Assembly (NCBI GenBank): GCA_963422205.2
Contig: CAXMWX010000005.1
Coordinates: 608,001-672,000, forward strand
Length of the DNA: 64,000 nt
Source of the DNA: Gammaproteobacteria bacterium
GTDB taxonomy: Bacteria; Pseudomonadota; Gammaproteobacteria; Eutrophobiales; Eutrophobiaceae
Reading direction: 5' to 3'
Numbering within the stretch: the first letter of the stretch is position 1; each line of letters begins with the position of its first letter. A model generated the notes under the pieces. It was not told where the DNA came from and did not search any database. It saw nothing but the letters and a program-made list of their open reading frames with translations. Below are positions 23,128 through 30,976 of the stretch, in pieces. A program made the translations under genes and the position numbers.

Positions 23128-24162
23128 ATGAGCGCTTGCAAAACAGATTATGCCGCCGCCGGAGTCAGCATTGCACGTGGCAACGAGCTGACAGCACGTA
23201 TCAAAAACACAGCAAGCAGCACCGCCCGGCCCGGCGTGATGGGCGCTATTGGCGGCTTCGGCGGCCTGTTTGATCTGGCGGCAACCGCTTACCGTGATCC
23301 GGTGTTAGTCTCGGGCACCGATGGCGTGGGAACAAAAATCAAACTCGCCATCGACAGCGGCCGCTATGATACCATCGGCATCGATCTGGTCGCCATGTGT
23401 GTCAATGATGTAATCGTATCCGGTGCTGAACCGTTATTTTTTCTGGACTATTTTGCCTGTTCCTCGCTGGATGTCAGTGTGGCCGAGACCGTGATCACCG
23501 GCATAGCCAGGGGCTGCCAGCAGGCCGGTTGTGCGCTGATTGGCGGAGAGACAGCGGAGATGCCGGGCCTGTACCGACCAGGGGACTATGATCTGGCCGG
23601 TTTTTGTGTCGGTGTGGCAGAGCGGGCTGCCCTGATCACAGGCGAGGCGGTCTGTGATAATGATCTGCTGCTCGGCCTGCCATCCAGCGGCGCTCATGCC
23701 AACGGTTATGCGTTGATACGAAAAATCATGCAGGATAACTGCCTTGATGGGCAGACAGAGTTTGCCGGCCAGCGCCTGCTCGATGTGTTGTTACAGCCCA
23801 CCCGCATCTATGTGCGTGAAATCCTCGCCCTGCAACAAGCGGTCACGCTGCATGCGGTTGCCCATATCACCGGCGGCGGCATGACGGAGAATCTGCCACG
23901 GGTACTGCCTGCCGACATGCAGGCCGAAATTGACACCCAGAGCTGGCAATGGCCTGGCGTCTTTTCCTGGTTGCAGGCCACGGGCAATATTGACACCTGC
24001 GAGATGTACCGGACGTTTAACTGTGGCATAGGTATGGTGGTTGTGATATCGGCGGACGATCTGCCGCAGGCAGATGCCATACTGGCCGATCTCTGTACGC
24101 CAGCCATCGTCATAGGACGCATCGGCGAGCGCAAAGGGGATGCACAACTCTGCTACCGGTAG
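23128..24162 (+). CDS. purM: Phosphoribosylformylglycinamidine cyclo-ligase
   Basis: GTDGVGTK, GGETAEMPG, HITGGG, TFNCGIG. Confidence 0.97.
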   Translation: MSACKTDYAAAGVSIARGNELTARIKNTASSTARPGVMGAIGGFGGLFDLAATAYRDPVLVSGTDGVGTKIKLAIDSGRYDTIGIDLVAMCVNDVIVSGAEPLFFLDYFACSSLDVSVAETVITGIARGCQQAGCALIGGETAEMPGLYRPGDYDLAGFCVGVAERAALITGEAVCDNDLLLGLPSSGAHANGYALIRKIMQDNCLDGQTEFAGQRLLDVLLQPTRIYVREILALQQAVTLHAVAHITGGGMTENLPRVLPADMQAEIDTQSWQWPGVFSWLQATGNIDTCEMYRTFNCGIGMVVVISADDLPQADAILADLCTPAIVIGRIGERKGDAQLCYR

Positions 24163-24233
24163 CTGCTATCTGGCATGTCCTTGCCCCCATGCCGGTCCCC
24201 GTCGTGCCGTGCTGTCAAGCCAGCCTTGATGGC

Positions 24234-24974
24234 TTATTTCAGTTTTTTCTTAACCGCCGCTAACACCCCCATCAAAATATGATACTCATCATCATCCGGC
24301 GGATTTCTGTTGAACAGACGATGCAGCCGCCGCATCAGTTTGCCCGGATTGTCAGGATCAAGATAGTCCAGCAGCACCAGCGTCTGCTCCAGTTGCTGAT
24401 AGAACCGCGCCATCTGCTCGGCCGGGACCGGCGCTGGCAGGACGGCTGGCGGCGGATGGTCGCCTGTCTCAAGGCCAAGCTGACGATGCAGCTCATAGCA
24501 GATAATCTGTACCGCCGAGGCGATATTTAAGGAAGAGAAATCCGGGTTGGTCGGGATTCGTATCATGAAATTGCAGCGATCCAGCTCGGCATTTGACAAG
24601 CCGCTGCGCTCCGGCCCGAAGATAACAGCGACAGATTGCCCGGCCCGGGCCTGCCCCAGCAAGCGCACGGCGGCCTTGCCAGGCGGCATCTCAGGCCACT
24701 GCACATGGCGAGACCTGGTCGTGGTGGCGGCCACCAGGCTGCAACCAGCAATGGCCTCATCCAGCGTGGTGCAGATCTTGGCATGGGTCAGAATATCATC
24801 GGCACCTGCCGCCCGCACCGTGACTTCAGCCGATGGAAATACCCGCGGTGAGACCAGCGTCAAGGCGCTTAGGCCCATCGTCTTCATGGCCCGGGCGGTG
24901 GCGCCGATATTGCCCGGGTGGGTGGTGTGGCACAGGATGATTTTCAGTCGCTGCGACAGCGTGTTGTTGTGCAT
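24234..24974 (-). CDS. trmJ: tRNA (cytidine/uridine-2'-O)-methyltransferase
   Basis: HPGNIGATARAM, FGPERSGLSN, SLNIASAV SPOUT motifs; divergent from suhB. Confidence 0.9.
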   Translation of the reverse strand: MHNNTLSQRLKIILCHTTHPGNIGATARAMKTMGLSALTLVSPRVFPSAEVTVRAAGADDILTHAKICTTLDEAIAGCSLVAATTTRSRHVQWPEMPPGKAAVRLLGQARAGQSVAVIFGPERSGLSNAELDRCNFMIRIPTNPDFSSLNIASAVQIICYELHRQLGLETGDHPPPAVLPAPVPAEQMARFYQQLEQTLVLLDYLDPDNPGKLMRRLHRLFNRNPPDDDEYHILMGVLAAVKKKLK

Positions 24975-25037
24975 ATTACTCCGGTTCTGGCTGTAGTATG
25001 ATCAGCACTATCTTATCAGCCCAGGTTGGGAGAAATC

Positions 25038-25811
25038 ATGCACCCCATGCTCACGATGGGTATACGTGCTGCAAGAGCAGCAGGCGACTTTTTAATCCGC
25101 TCTCTGGAACGGGTGGACAGCTACCCGGTCTCGGTTAAAGGGCGGAACGATTTTGTCACCGACATCGACCGGCAGGCCGAGCAGATCATCATCACCACCC
25201 TGAAAAATGCCTATCCCGAACATGCTGTCCTGGCAGAGGAAAGCGGCGCCCAGGGGGAGGGGGATTATGTCTGGATCATTGACCCGCTGGATGGCACCAC
25301 CAACTATCTGCATCAATTCCCGCAATTCGCTGTCTCCATCGCGCTGCAACACAAGGCGGTGACCGAGCAGGGCATTGTCTATGATCCCTTGCGGCAGGAA
25401 TTATTTACCGCCAGCCGGGGGGGCGGGGCCTACCTGAATAACCGCCGGATACGGGTGAGTAACATATCAGCGCTTGAGCTGGCCTTATTGGGCACCGGCT
25501 TCCCGTATCGAGGGATACAGCAGCTTGATGGCTACCTGGATACATTCAAGCGGATCATGCAGTCCTGCGCCGGTGTGCGCCGCCCCGGCGCTGCCGCACT
25601 GGATTTGGCCTATGTCGCCTGTGGCAGGCTGGATGGTTTCTGGGAGTTTGGCCTTCGAAAATGGGACATAGCGGCGGGCGAGGTTCTGATCCGTGAAGCA
25701 GGCGGACTGACTTCTGAGATTTATACCGGTGCCAGCAACACAGATTCCGGCGATATACTGGCCGGTAATCCCAAAATTCACGCCCAGTTGGCCCGCCTGT
25801 TCACTGACTGA
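25038..25811 (+). CDS. suhB: Inositol monophosphatase
   Basis: WIIDPLDGTTNY, WDIAAG. Confidence 0.95.
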   Translation: MHPMLTMGIRAARAAGDFLIRSLERVDSYPVSVKGRNDFVTDIDRQAEQIIITTLKNAYPEHAVLAEESGAQGEGDYVWIIDPLDGTTNYLHQFPQFAVSIALQHKAVTEQGIVYDPLRQELFTASRGGGAYLNNRRIRVSNISALELALLGTGFPYRGIQQLDGYLDTFKRIMQSCAGVRRPGAAALDLAYVACGRLDGFWEFGLRKWDIAAGEVLIREAGGLTSEIYTGASNTDSGDILAGNPKIHAQLARLFTD

Positions 25812-25896
25812 TGCCAACAGGCTTGCTCATTCCGTCTCCCGATCTGATTAGCCATTTATGTTTACTGGATTTATTTTGATTTAACTTGCCCATTTA

Positions 25897-26787
25897 TCAC
25901 GCTTCTTTATGCACGTATTCAAAAAAAGCACGCTCAAGCGTTAAATGCGGTTTGACGGACAGGATGCTGTGGCCGGCCTGTTCAATCTGGCGCAGCTTGT
26001 CCCACAACCCTTCCCGATGAATCTCAAGCAACCAGCGTTTGCCAAACTCATGAACATACTCTGGCAATGGCTCATCGGCCTCCACCTGGATAACAAAGAC
26101 ACCTTGACTGTCAGTGAATAGATCAGTGGCCGTTTTCACCACGGCTATCCTGCCTTTATGGATGAGGCCAAAGCGATCGGCGATGCGCTCGACATCAAAC
26201 AACACATGCGAGGTAAAAAACAGGGCACCGCCGGCCTTGCGGTACTCAAGCAATATATCGACCACATCCCGCCGGCCGACCGGATCAAGCCCGGATAAGG
26301 GCTCATCCAGAATCAGCAATCTCGGCTGGCAGGCCAGGGCATGTGCCAGTGCGGTGCGTTGGGTCATGCCCTTGGATAAGCTACGGATGCGCTTGTTGGC
26401 CGCCTCGGCAATCGCAAATTTATCCAGCCACTGCATGGCATATTGCCTTGCATCGGTACACGTGACCCGATGCTGGGCAAGGCCCATGGTGACCAACTCC
26501 AGCGGGGTCAGGTAATCATACAGATACGGGTTCTCCGGCAGATAAGCCACGCCCCTCCTGGCCTTCGGATCACGACAATCCGCACCGAAGAGCCTGGCCG
26601 TGCCGGAATCGGCGCGCAGAATATCCATGATGATCTTGATCGTCGTGCTCTTGCCGGCCCCATTGGCGCCGATAAAACCGAATGCCTCGCCCTCGGCAAC
26701 TTCCAGATTGACATCAAACAACACGGGCAGCCGGCCTTTGCTGCTGCAAAAGGATTTATTGATGTGTGTCAATTCGATCGCATTCAT
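25897..26787 (-). CDS. ABC transporter ATP-binding protein (pilus-associated, Myxococcus PilH/Geobacter Xap-like)
   Basis: GANGAGKST Walker A, LSKGM signature, LILDEP Walker B, SH switch. Confidence 0.9.
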   Translation of the reverse strand: MNAIELTHINKSFCSSKGRLPVLFDVNLEVAEGEAFGFIGANGAGKSTTIKIIMDILRADSGTARLFGADCRDPKARRGVAYLPENPYLYDYLTPLELVTMGLAQHRVTCTDARQYAMQWLDKFAIAEAANKRIRSLSKGMTQRTALAHALACQPRLLILDEPLSGLDPVGRRDVVDILLEYRKAGGALFFTSHVLFDVERIADRFGLIHKGRIAVVKTATDLFTDSQGVFVIQVEADEPLPEYVHEFGKRWLLEIHREGLWDKLRQIEQAGHSILSVKPHLTLERAFFEYVHKEA

Positions 26788-26801
26788 GGCCTCGGCCTCA
26801 T

Positions 26802-27623
26802 CTAAGGTCGCCGGATCACCACCTCGCCCGCCGCATTCACCTCAAAACCGTGGTTAAACGGGTCCCTCGGCAGAACCAGCAGATACCCCTGCTCAAGCAG
26901 ATCAGTCAGCTGCCGGGCCGGCCTGCCATTGAGCAAGGTGTACAACTGCATCGCCGTCTGAATCCTGTGCAGGTTCTCGGTCTGCACGATGCGGGCGGCC
27001 AGTTGTCTTTGTATATCCGCATCTGTTGTGGTTTGCTGCAAAATCCTCAGCAGACGTATCGCCGTATCCTTATCTTCTGTTTGGGCAAACCACCTCGATG
27101 CCGTCATTCTGAAAAACCGCCGGTTTATCCCGTCCGCCCGCTCGGCGGCGATGAGGGCCAGCTCGCCAGCACGCTCATAGTCTTTATCGAAATAATAGGC
27201 ATTAAAGCCTTGATAGAAAGGCGGCTCCGGGTCCCAGTCACGTGCGATGGTGGTGCGATTCAATATCCACTGGGCGATCTCAACCTGCCCCTCCCAGGCC
27301 AGAACAGCCGCCGCCAGATACGCATTGTCCTGATTGTAGGGATTGAGCAGATTCGCCTGTTGCTGAATTTTTGCCTGTATGGCGTAGCTGTTCGGGTCGG
27401 CGATGACAGCACTTAGCGTTACCGCCCGAAACACCTCCAGATTGGAGGCCAGATACTTATCGCCACCGGCGAGCAACACCTGCACATAGGCCGGCATCGC
27501 CAGGCGCAATCTCTCATCCAGCGGCGGGCGGGGAATGGCGCGCAGCCCATGCACCGCCGTGGCATAAACCGCCACACCACACAGCAGCAGCAACCAGGGC
27601 AGGCGATATGACGAGAAGCGCAT
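26802..27623 (-). CDS. Membrane-anchored helical (TPR-like) protein, Myxococcus PilG/Geobacter Xap-like
   Basis: N-terminal TM, helical body, C-terminal LTDLLEQGYLLVLPRDPF motif; lies between the ABC genes (ORF open to 27668). Confidence 0.6.
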   Translation of the reverse strand: MRFSSYRLPWLLLLCGVAVYATAVHGLRAIPRPPLDERLRLAMPAYVQVLLAGGDKYLASNLEVFRAVTLSAVIADPNSYAIQAKIQQQANLLNPYNQDNAYLAAAVLAWEGQVEIAQWILNRTTIARDWDPEPPFYQGFNAYYFDKDYERAGELALIAAERADGINRRFFRMTASRWFAQTEDKDTAIRLLRILQQTTTDADIQRQLAARIVQTENLHRIQTAMQLYTLLNGRPARQLTDLLEQGYLLVLPRDPFNHGFEVNAAGEVVIRRP

Positions 27624-27630
27624 CGCCGTT

Positions 27631-28437
27631 TTAAGTGAACTCCCGGCCTTGAAACCGGTTGATGGCAATCGCCAGCAGCAGGGCAGAGTAAGCCAGCGAC
27701 ATAAGCAATCCGTAGACTAACAGCAATGGCTCGGGCCGAACGTTGTAAAGACACCAGTTACGTATGTCCAGGCGGCTTAAATCCGGCAGCAGCCAGATGA
27801 CCTTGTTCAGTATCGGCGTGATGTAGACCTGATGCGCCGGGTCGGCACCGGGCGCCAGCAGGATATAGTCAATCGTCGGCCCGATACTCGTGGCCATGAC
27901 AGCGAAGGCCCCTCCCAGCAGCAGCGGCAGCATCGGCACAGTGGACAAGGTGGCGATCATCAGGGCGAAGGCGATGACTGTGATAACGGCCAGCCACAGA
28001 TAACCTAAGGTCATGATATAAGGCAGGCCCAGCCTGACAGGCACGGCGCCGGGGTAGTCCTCGATCGGCCCGAAGACCACCAGCAGGGCAACAATCACGC
28101 CCATGATGGCTATCGCCGCGGCGGACAGGAACGTGATACCAAAGAAACGTCCCAGCAGGTAATGGGCGCGCGGGACGGGGTAAGATAACACGAAGATGAC
28201 GGTTTTTAATTCGATGTCCTTGGCGAACAACTCCTGCACCCAGTACAGCACCAGCAGGATGACAACCAGGCGAATACCCGAGATACCCACATCCAGCGCC
28301 AGGGTTTCCGGGTGACGGGCAGAGAAATGCGCCGCCAGCCAGGCCAGCACCAGTATCAGCAGAGAAAACAGCAACAGGCCGAAAAAAATCCGGCTGCGGA
28401 TCCCGGACAGGATGGCGGTTTTAATAAAAGCGGACAT
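27631..28437 (-). CDS. ABC-2 type permease (Myxococcus PilI-like)
   Basis: About 6 TM; KDIELKTVIFVLSYPVPRAHYLLGRFFG; LLPDLSRLD; terminal FQGREF. Confidence 0.85.
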   Translation of the reverse strand: MSAFIKTAILSGIRSRIFFGLLLFSLLILVLAWLAAHFSARHPETLALDVGISGIRLVVILLVLYWVQELFAKDIELKTVIFVLSYPVPRAHYLLGRFFGITFLSAAAIAIMGVIVALLVVFGPIEDYPGAVPVRLGLPYIMTLGYLWLAVITVIAFALMIATLSTVPMLPLLLGGAFAVMATSIGPTIDYILLAPGADPAHQVYITPILNKVIWLLPDLSRLDIRNWCLYNVRPEPLLLVYGLLMSLAYSALLLAIAINRFQGREFT

Positions 28438-28596
28438 CGCTCAAGACCCCAGCCGAAGACGCCTTCAACCGCTTCGCCCTTTGTTTGCCCGGCAATGCCT
28501 GCTTTCGCCGAACCAGTCGCACCAGCACCGCTTGTCCTTCATCAATCCGGCCTAATTCCTTGTGCATTGTCTGTTGTCTCATGATGCTATCGGCAA

Positions 28597-28914
28597 TCAG
28601 CCTGAGAGAGTAAACAGCTTCCAGAGTACGCCTGAGGTCAGGGCAAGGTTGAAGGCCACCATCCAGTGCAGCAGATTGATCCTGCCCGTCAGCCTGGAAT
28701 CCAGCCGGTCAATTTTGGTATCCAACTCGGTATGTATCCGATCAATTTTGGTATCCAGCTTGATAATATCGGCCTTGGTCGCCAACTGGTTATCCAGGGT
28801 CTCGCTGAAGACATCCTTGATTGCATCGGCCTCCGCTTCCGCCTGCTGTTCCGGCACACCAGCTGCGCGCAGGCGACGGACAAACTTCAGGGTATCAAAC
28901 GCCGCCACGCCCAT
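28597..28914 (-). CDS. DUF1640/CCDC90-like membrane-anchored coiled-coil protein (long copy)
   Basis: FDTLKFVRRLRAAGVPEQQAEA head, LATKADI neck, coiled-coil stalk, C-terminal TM. Confidence 0.85.
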   Translation of the reverse strand: MGVAAFDTLKFVRRLRAAGVPEQQAEAEADAIKDVFSETLDNQLATKADIIKLDTKIDRIHTELDTKIDRLDSRLTGRINLLHWMVAFNLALTSGVLWKLFTLSG

Positions 28915-29023
28915 CAGACCGATCCCCGTCGGTTGACTGACAGCATCGGCTGGCGGGGAAGCGCAGTGTCAATCCGGCCTGACTCCTTGTGCATTGTCTG
29001 TTGAATCATGATGCTATCGGCAA

Positions 29024-29275
29024 TCAGCCTGAGAGAGTGAACAGCTTCCAGAGTACGCCTGAGGTCAGGGCAAGGTTGAAGGCCACCATCCAGTGCAGCA
29101 GATTGATCCTGGCTTCCAGCTTGATAATATCGGCCTTGGTCGCCAACTGGTTATCCAGGGTCTCGCTGAAGACATCCTTGATTGCATCGGCCTCCGCTTC
29201 CGCCTGTTGTTCCGGTACGCCGGCTGCACGCAGGCGACGGACAAACTTCAGGGTATCAAACGCCGCCACGCCCAT
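29024..29275 (-). CDS. DUF1640/CCDC90-like membrane-anchored coiled-coil protein (short copy)
   Basis: Same head, neck and TM as 28597..28914, with a stalk 22 aa shorter. Confidence 0.85.
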   Translation of the reverse strand: MGVAAFDTLKFVRRLRAAGVPEQQAEAEADAIKDVFSETLDNQLATKADIIKLEARINLLHWMVAFNLALTSGVLWKLFTLSG

Positions 29276-29463
29276 CAGACCGATCCCCGTCGGTTGACTG
29301 ACAGCATCGGCTGGCGGGGAAGCGCAGTGGCAATCCGGCCTGACTCCTTGTGCATTGTCTGTTGTCTCATGAGGTAAGGGGCGATAGCGGCAGTATAAAA
29401 GATTTCATGGCAGATTTCATAACGGACTCTGGGCGGATAGCGCCCTTCCCTGTGCTTTAAGGT

Positions 29464-29633
29464 ATTGCCTGCATGGACGCAGGTACTTGGGATTTGTCGG
29501 GAGCAAAAATCCCAAGAGTACATCCTGTACTCGCCGCTCCTGTGCATGACCGCCATGGATGGTGGAAATGCAGCAGGATTGCCAGGAGCAATCCCTGCCC
29601 CTGCACTTGCGGCGTACAGTACATCCTGTACAT
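29464..29633. repeat. Nested palindromic (REP/MITE-like) element with GGA-loop hairpins
   Basis: GTACATCCTGTAC at 29518 and 29619; hairpins CCTGC-ATGGAC-GCAGG, CTTGGGATTT...AAATCCCAAG and CCGCCA-TGGA-TGGTGG. Confidence 0.7.
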
Positions 29634-29660
29634 AAAAAAAGCGCCTGGTGACAGGCGCTT
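29634..29660 (-). terminator. Rho-independent terminator of the pilin/pilin-partner transcript
   Basis: Minus strand AAGCGCCTG-TCAC-CAGGCGC followed by T7, about 35 nt after the stop of 29695..30087. Confidence 0.85.
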
Positions 29661-29694
29661 GTTACTGTGGTTTTGCGGGGCGCTGGATTATTCG

Positions 29695-30087
29695 TTAGGG
29701 AGTAGTAGTAGCAGCAGGACAAGGTTCAGTGGCAGATGCAGGCTCTGCCGCTTTCCAAGCAGTGTTAAAATCCGCGCGCTTGTCGCCGCATTTTGCTATT
29801 GCACCGCCTTCCGAGCTGCCGACATATTTATACAGTCCGTCCGCATGGGCGCTCTGCACGGCAATGGCAGAGGCAGTCTCAGCCGTCTGCATCGTAACGC
29901 CTGAGGAAAGATTAAAGGCAAAATTCTCCTTCACAAATTCCGGGTCGGCAGACAACGCAGCGCATGGATTCGCCTCCCCTTCATAACATTGTCTGCCTTC
30001 TTTTGAATACTCCGCGGCAAGCGCACTGTGACTGGCGCCTGCCAGGAGCAGGGCGGCCAACAAGCCGATGGTATTTTTGCTTCTCAT
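29695..30087 (-). CDS. Sec-exported protein, candidate separately encoded pilin head domain (PilA-C-like)
   Basis: Signal peptide ending ALA, four Cys, FNLSSGVT and SAHADGLYKY segments; GAGGAG RBS; starts 22 nt after the short pilin stop. Confidence 0.65.
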   Translation of the reverse strand: MRSKNTIGLLAALLLAGASHSALAAEYSKEGRQCYEGEANPCAALSADPEFVKENFAFNLSSGVTMQTAETASAIAVQSAHADGLYKYVGSSEGGAIAKCGDKRADFNTAWKAAEPASATEPCPAATTTP

Positions 30088-30109
30088 GGTTTATCTCCTC
30101 ACTCCAAGG

Positions 30110-30295
30110 TTATTCGGATGCGGCGATGGCGGCGGTCAGGAAGTTACGGGCATCCGCCTGTGCTGCCTTGTCGTTCGCCTTGCGCTTGTAGTTGGCAAAT
30201 TGCGGGATGGCAATCGCCGCCAGAATGCCGATGATCGCAATCACGATCATCAACTCGATCAGGGTGAAACCCTGTTGTTTCTTTCTCATCATCAT
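30110..30295 (-). CDS. pilA: Short type IVa pilin (52 aa mature, PilA-N-like)
   Basis: [29 protein letters not shown] prepilin motif with E5, G14, P22; GAGGAG RBS. Confidence 0.9.
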   Translation of the reverse strand: MMMRKKQQGFTLIELMIVIAIIGILAAIAIPQFANYKRKANDKAAQADARNFLTAAIAASE

Positions 30296-30384
30296 GATGT
30301 GGTCTCCTCTACATGGTTGATGACAGATTTATCACATGTGTCAAGCACGGGCGGCAGCCGGTGTGGTGCAGCCAGCGACAACTC

Positions 30385-30429
30385 AACTTCTACTGCATGA
30401 ACTTCTACTGCATGCCTCGCTACTGCATG
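30385..30429. repeat. 15-bp tandem repeat in the pilin 5' leader
   Basis: aacttctactgcatg x2 then cctcgctactgcatg. Confidence 0.8.
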
Positions 30430-30468
30430 GCTTACCTGCCAGCATGGCCTGTGCCTGCCTGTCGGTTA

Positions 30469-30484
30469 AGCAGTATTCATGCCA
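30469..30484 (-). promoter_or_regulatory. Sigma-54 (-24/-12) promoter of pilin 30110..30295
   Basis: Minus strand TGGCATGAATACTGCT = GG-N10-GC. Confidence 0.7.
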
Positions 30485-30687
30485 GGTTTTGGTCAAGTGC
30501 TGTGCAGGTGCCGGCCGGCGTTATCCTGTGGCGGCAGGGATCGGCCTGGGGCGTGCCTAACCGCTTGTTTGATATAGGTTTTAAGCTGGCAAGTCTGTGT
30601 TCGGCGGCGGCGTGTTGGCGAGATGGCGGCGGCTGGCCACTTAATGCCGCAATGCGTCACACTATGACGTAGAAGGGACAGTCCCGG

Positions 30688-30885
30688 TTATTGGGAGGAG
30701 ACGTACTGTGAGGAGGCGATGGCGGCGGTCAGGAAATTACGGGCATCGGCGGCGGCGGCCTTGTCGTTGGCCTTGCGCTTGTAGTTGGCAAACTGCGGGA
30801 TGGCAATGGCCGCCAGAATGCCGATGATGGCGATGACGATCATCAACTCGATCAGGGTGAAACCACGGGTTGGTTGGCGTATCAT
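30688..30885 (-). CDS. pilA: Second short type IVa pilin (57 aa mature)
   Basis: [28 protein letters not shown]; mature residues 1-49 differ from the other copy only at position 37; GAGGGAG RBS. Confidence 0.88.
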   Translation of the reverse strand: MIRQPTRGFTLIELMIVIAIIGILAAIAIPQFANYKRKANDKAAAADARNFLTAAIASSQYVSSQ

Positions 30886-30917
30886 ATCAGCTCCCTCATC
30901 CGGTTAAGTGAAGTTGC

Positions 30918-30933
30918 AGCAATATTCATACCA
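30918..30933 (-). promoter_or_regulatory. Sigma-54 (-24/-12) promoter of pilin 30688..30885
   Basis: Minus strand TGGTATGAATATTGCT = GG-N10-GC; 14/16 identical to the other pilin promoter. Confidence 0.7.
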
Positions 30934-30976
30934 TCAAACCCTGGTGGCCTTGTGTCCGGTGCGGCAGGGGATGGCC

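Larger units (their letters stand above)
28543..29372. repeat. Tandem duplication: units 28543-28969 (427 bp) and 28970-29330 (361 bp), with a 42-bp repeat present three times
   Basis: caatccggcct(g/a)a(c/t)tccttgtgcattgtctgttg(tc/aa)tcatga starts at 28543, 28970 and 29331; the units differ by a 66-bp in-frame indel and a few substitutions. Confidence 0.95.

Noticed and set aside
24162-24234. Absence of purN after purM and of cysE after trmJ
   Set aside because: This is a common rearrangement, the genes may lie elsewhere, and no remnant or mobile-element scar is visible.
28543-29372. Three 42-bp repeats as a CRISPR array or integron attC array
   Set aside because: The intervening sequences are 320-385 bp and near-identical to each other, there is no cas or integrase gene, and the repeat lacks an obvious attC structure.
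29275-29904. ORFs 29275..29556, 29417..29722 and 29473..29904
   Set aside because: They run through the palindromic element and terminator or lie antisense to a better-supported gene, and show no protein motifs.
30110-30885. Pilin pair as a diversity-generating retroelement template/variable repeat
   Set aside because: No reverse transcriptase is present in the window, and the differences are mostly synonymous rather than adenine-specific.
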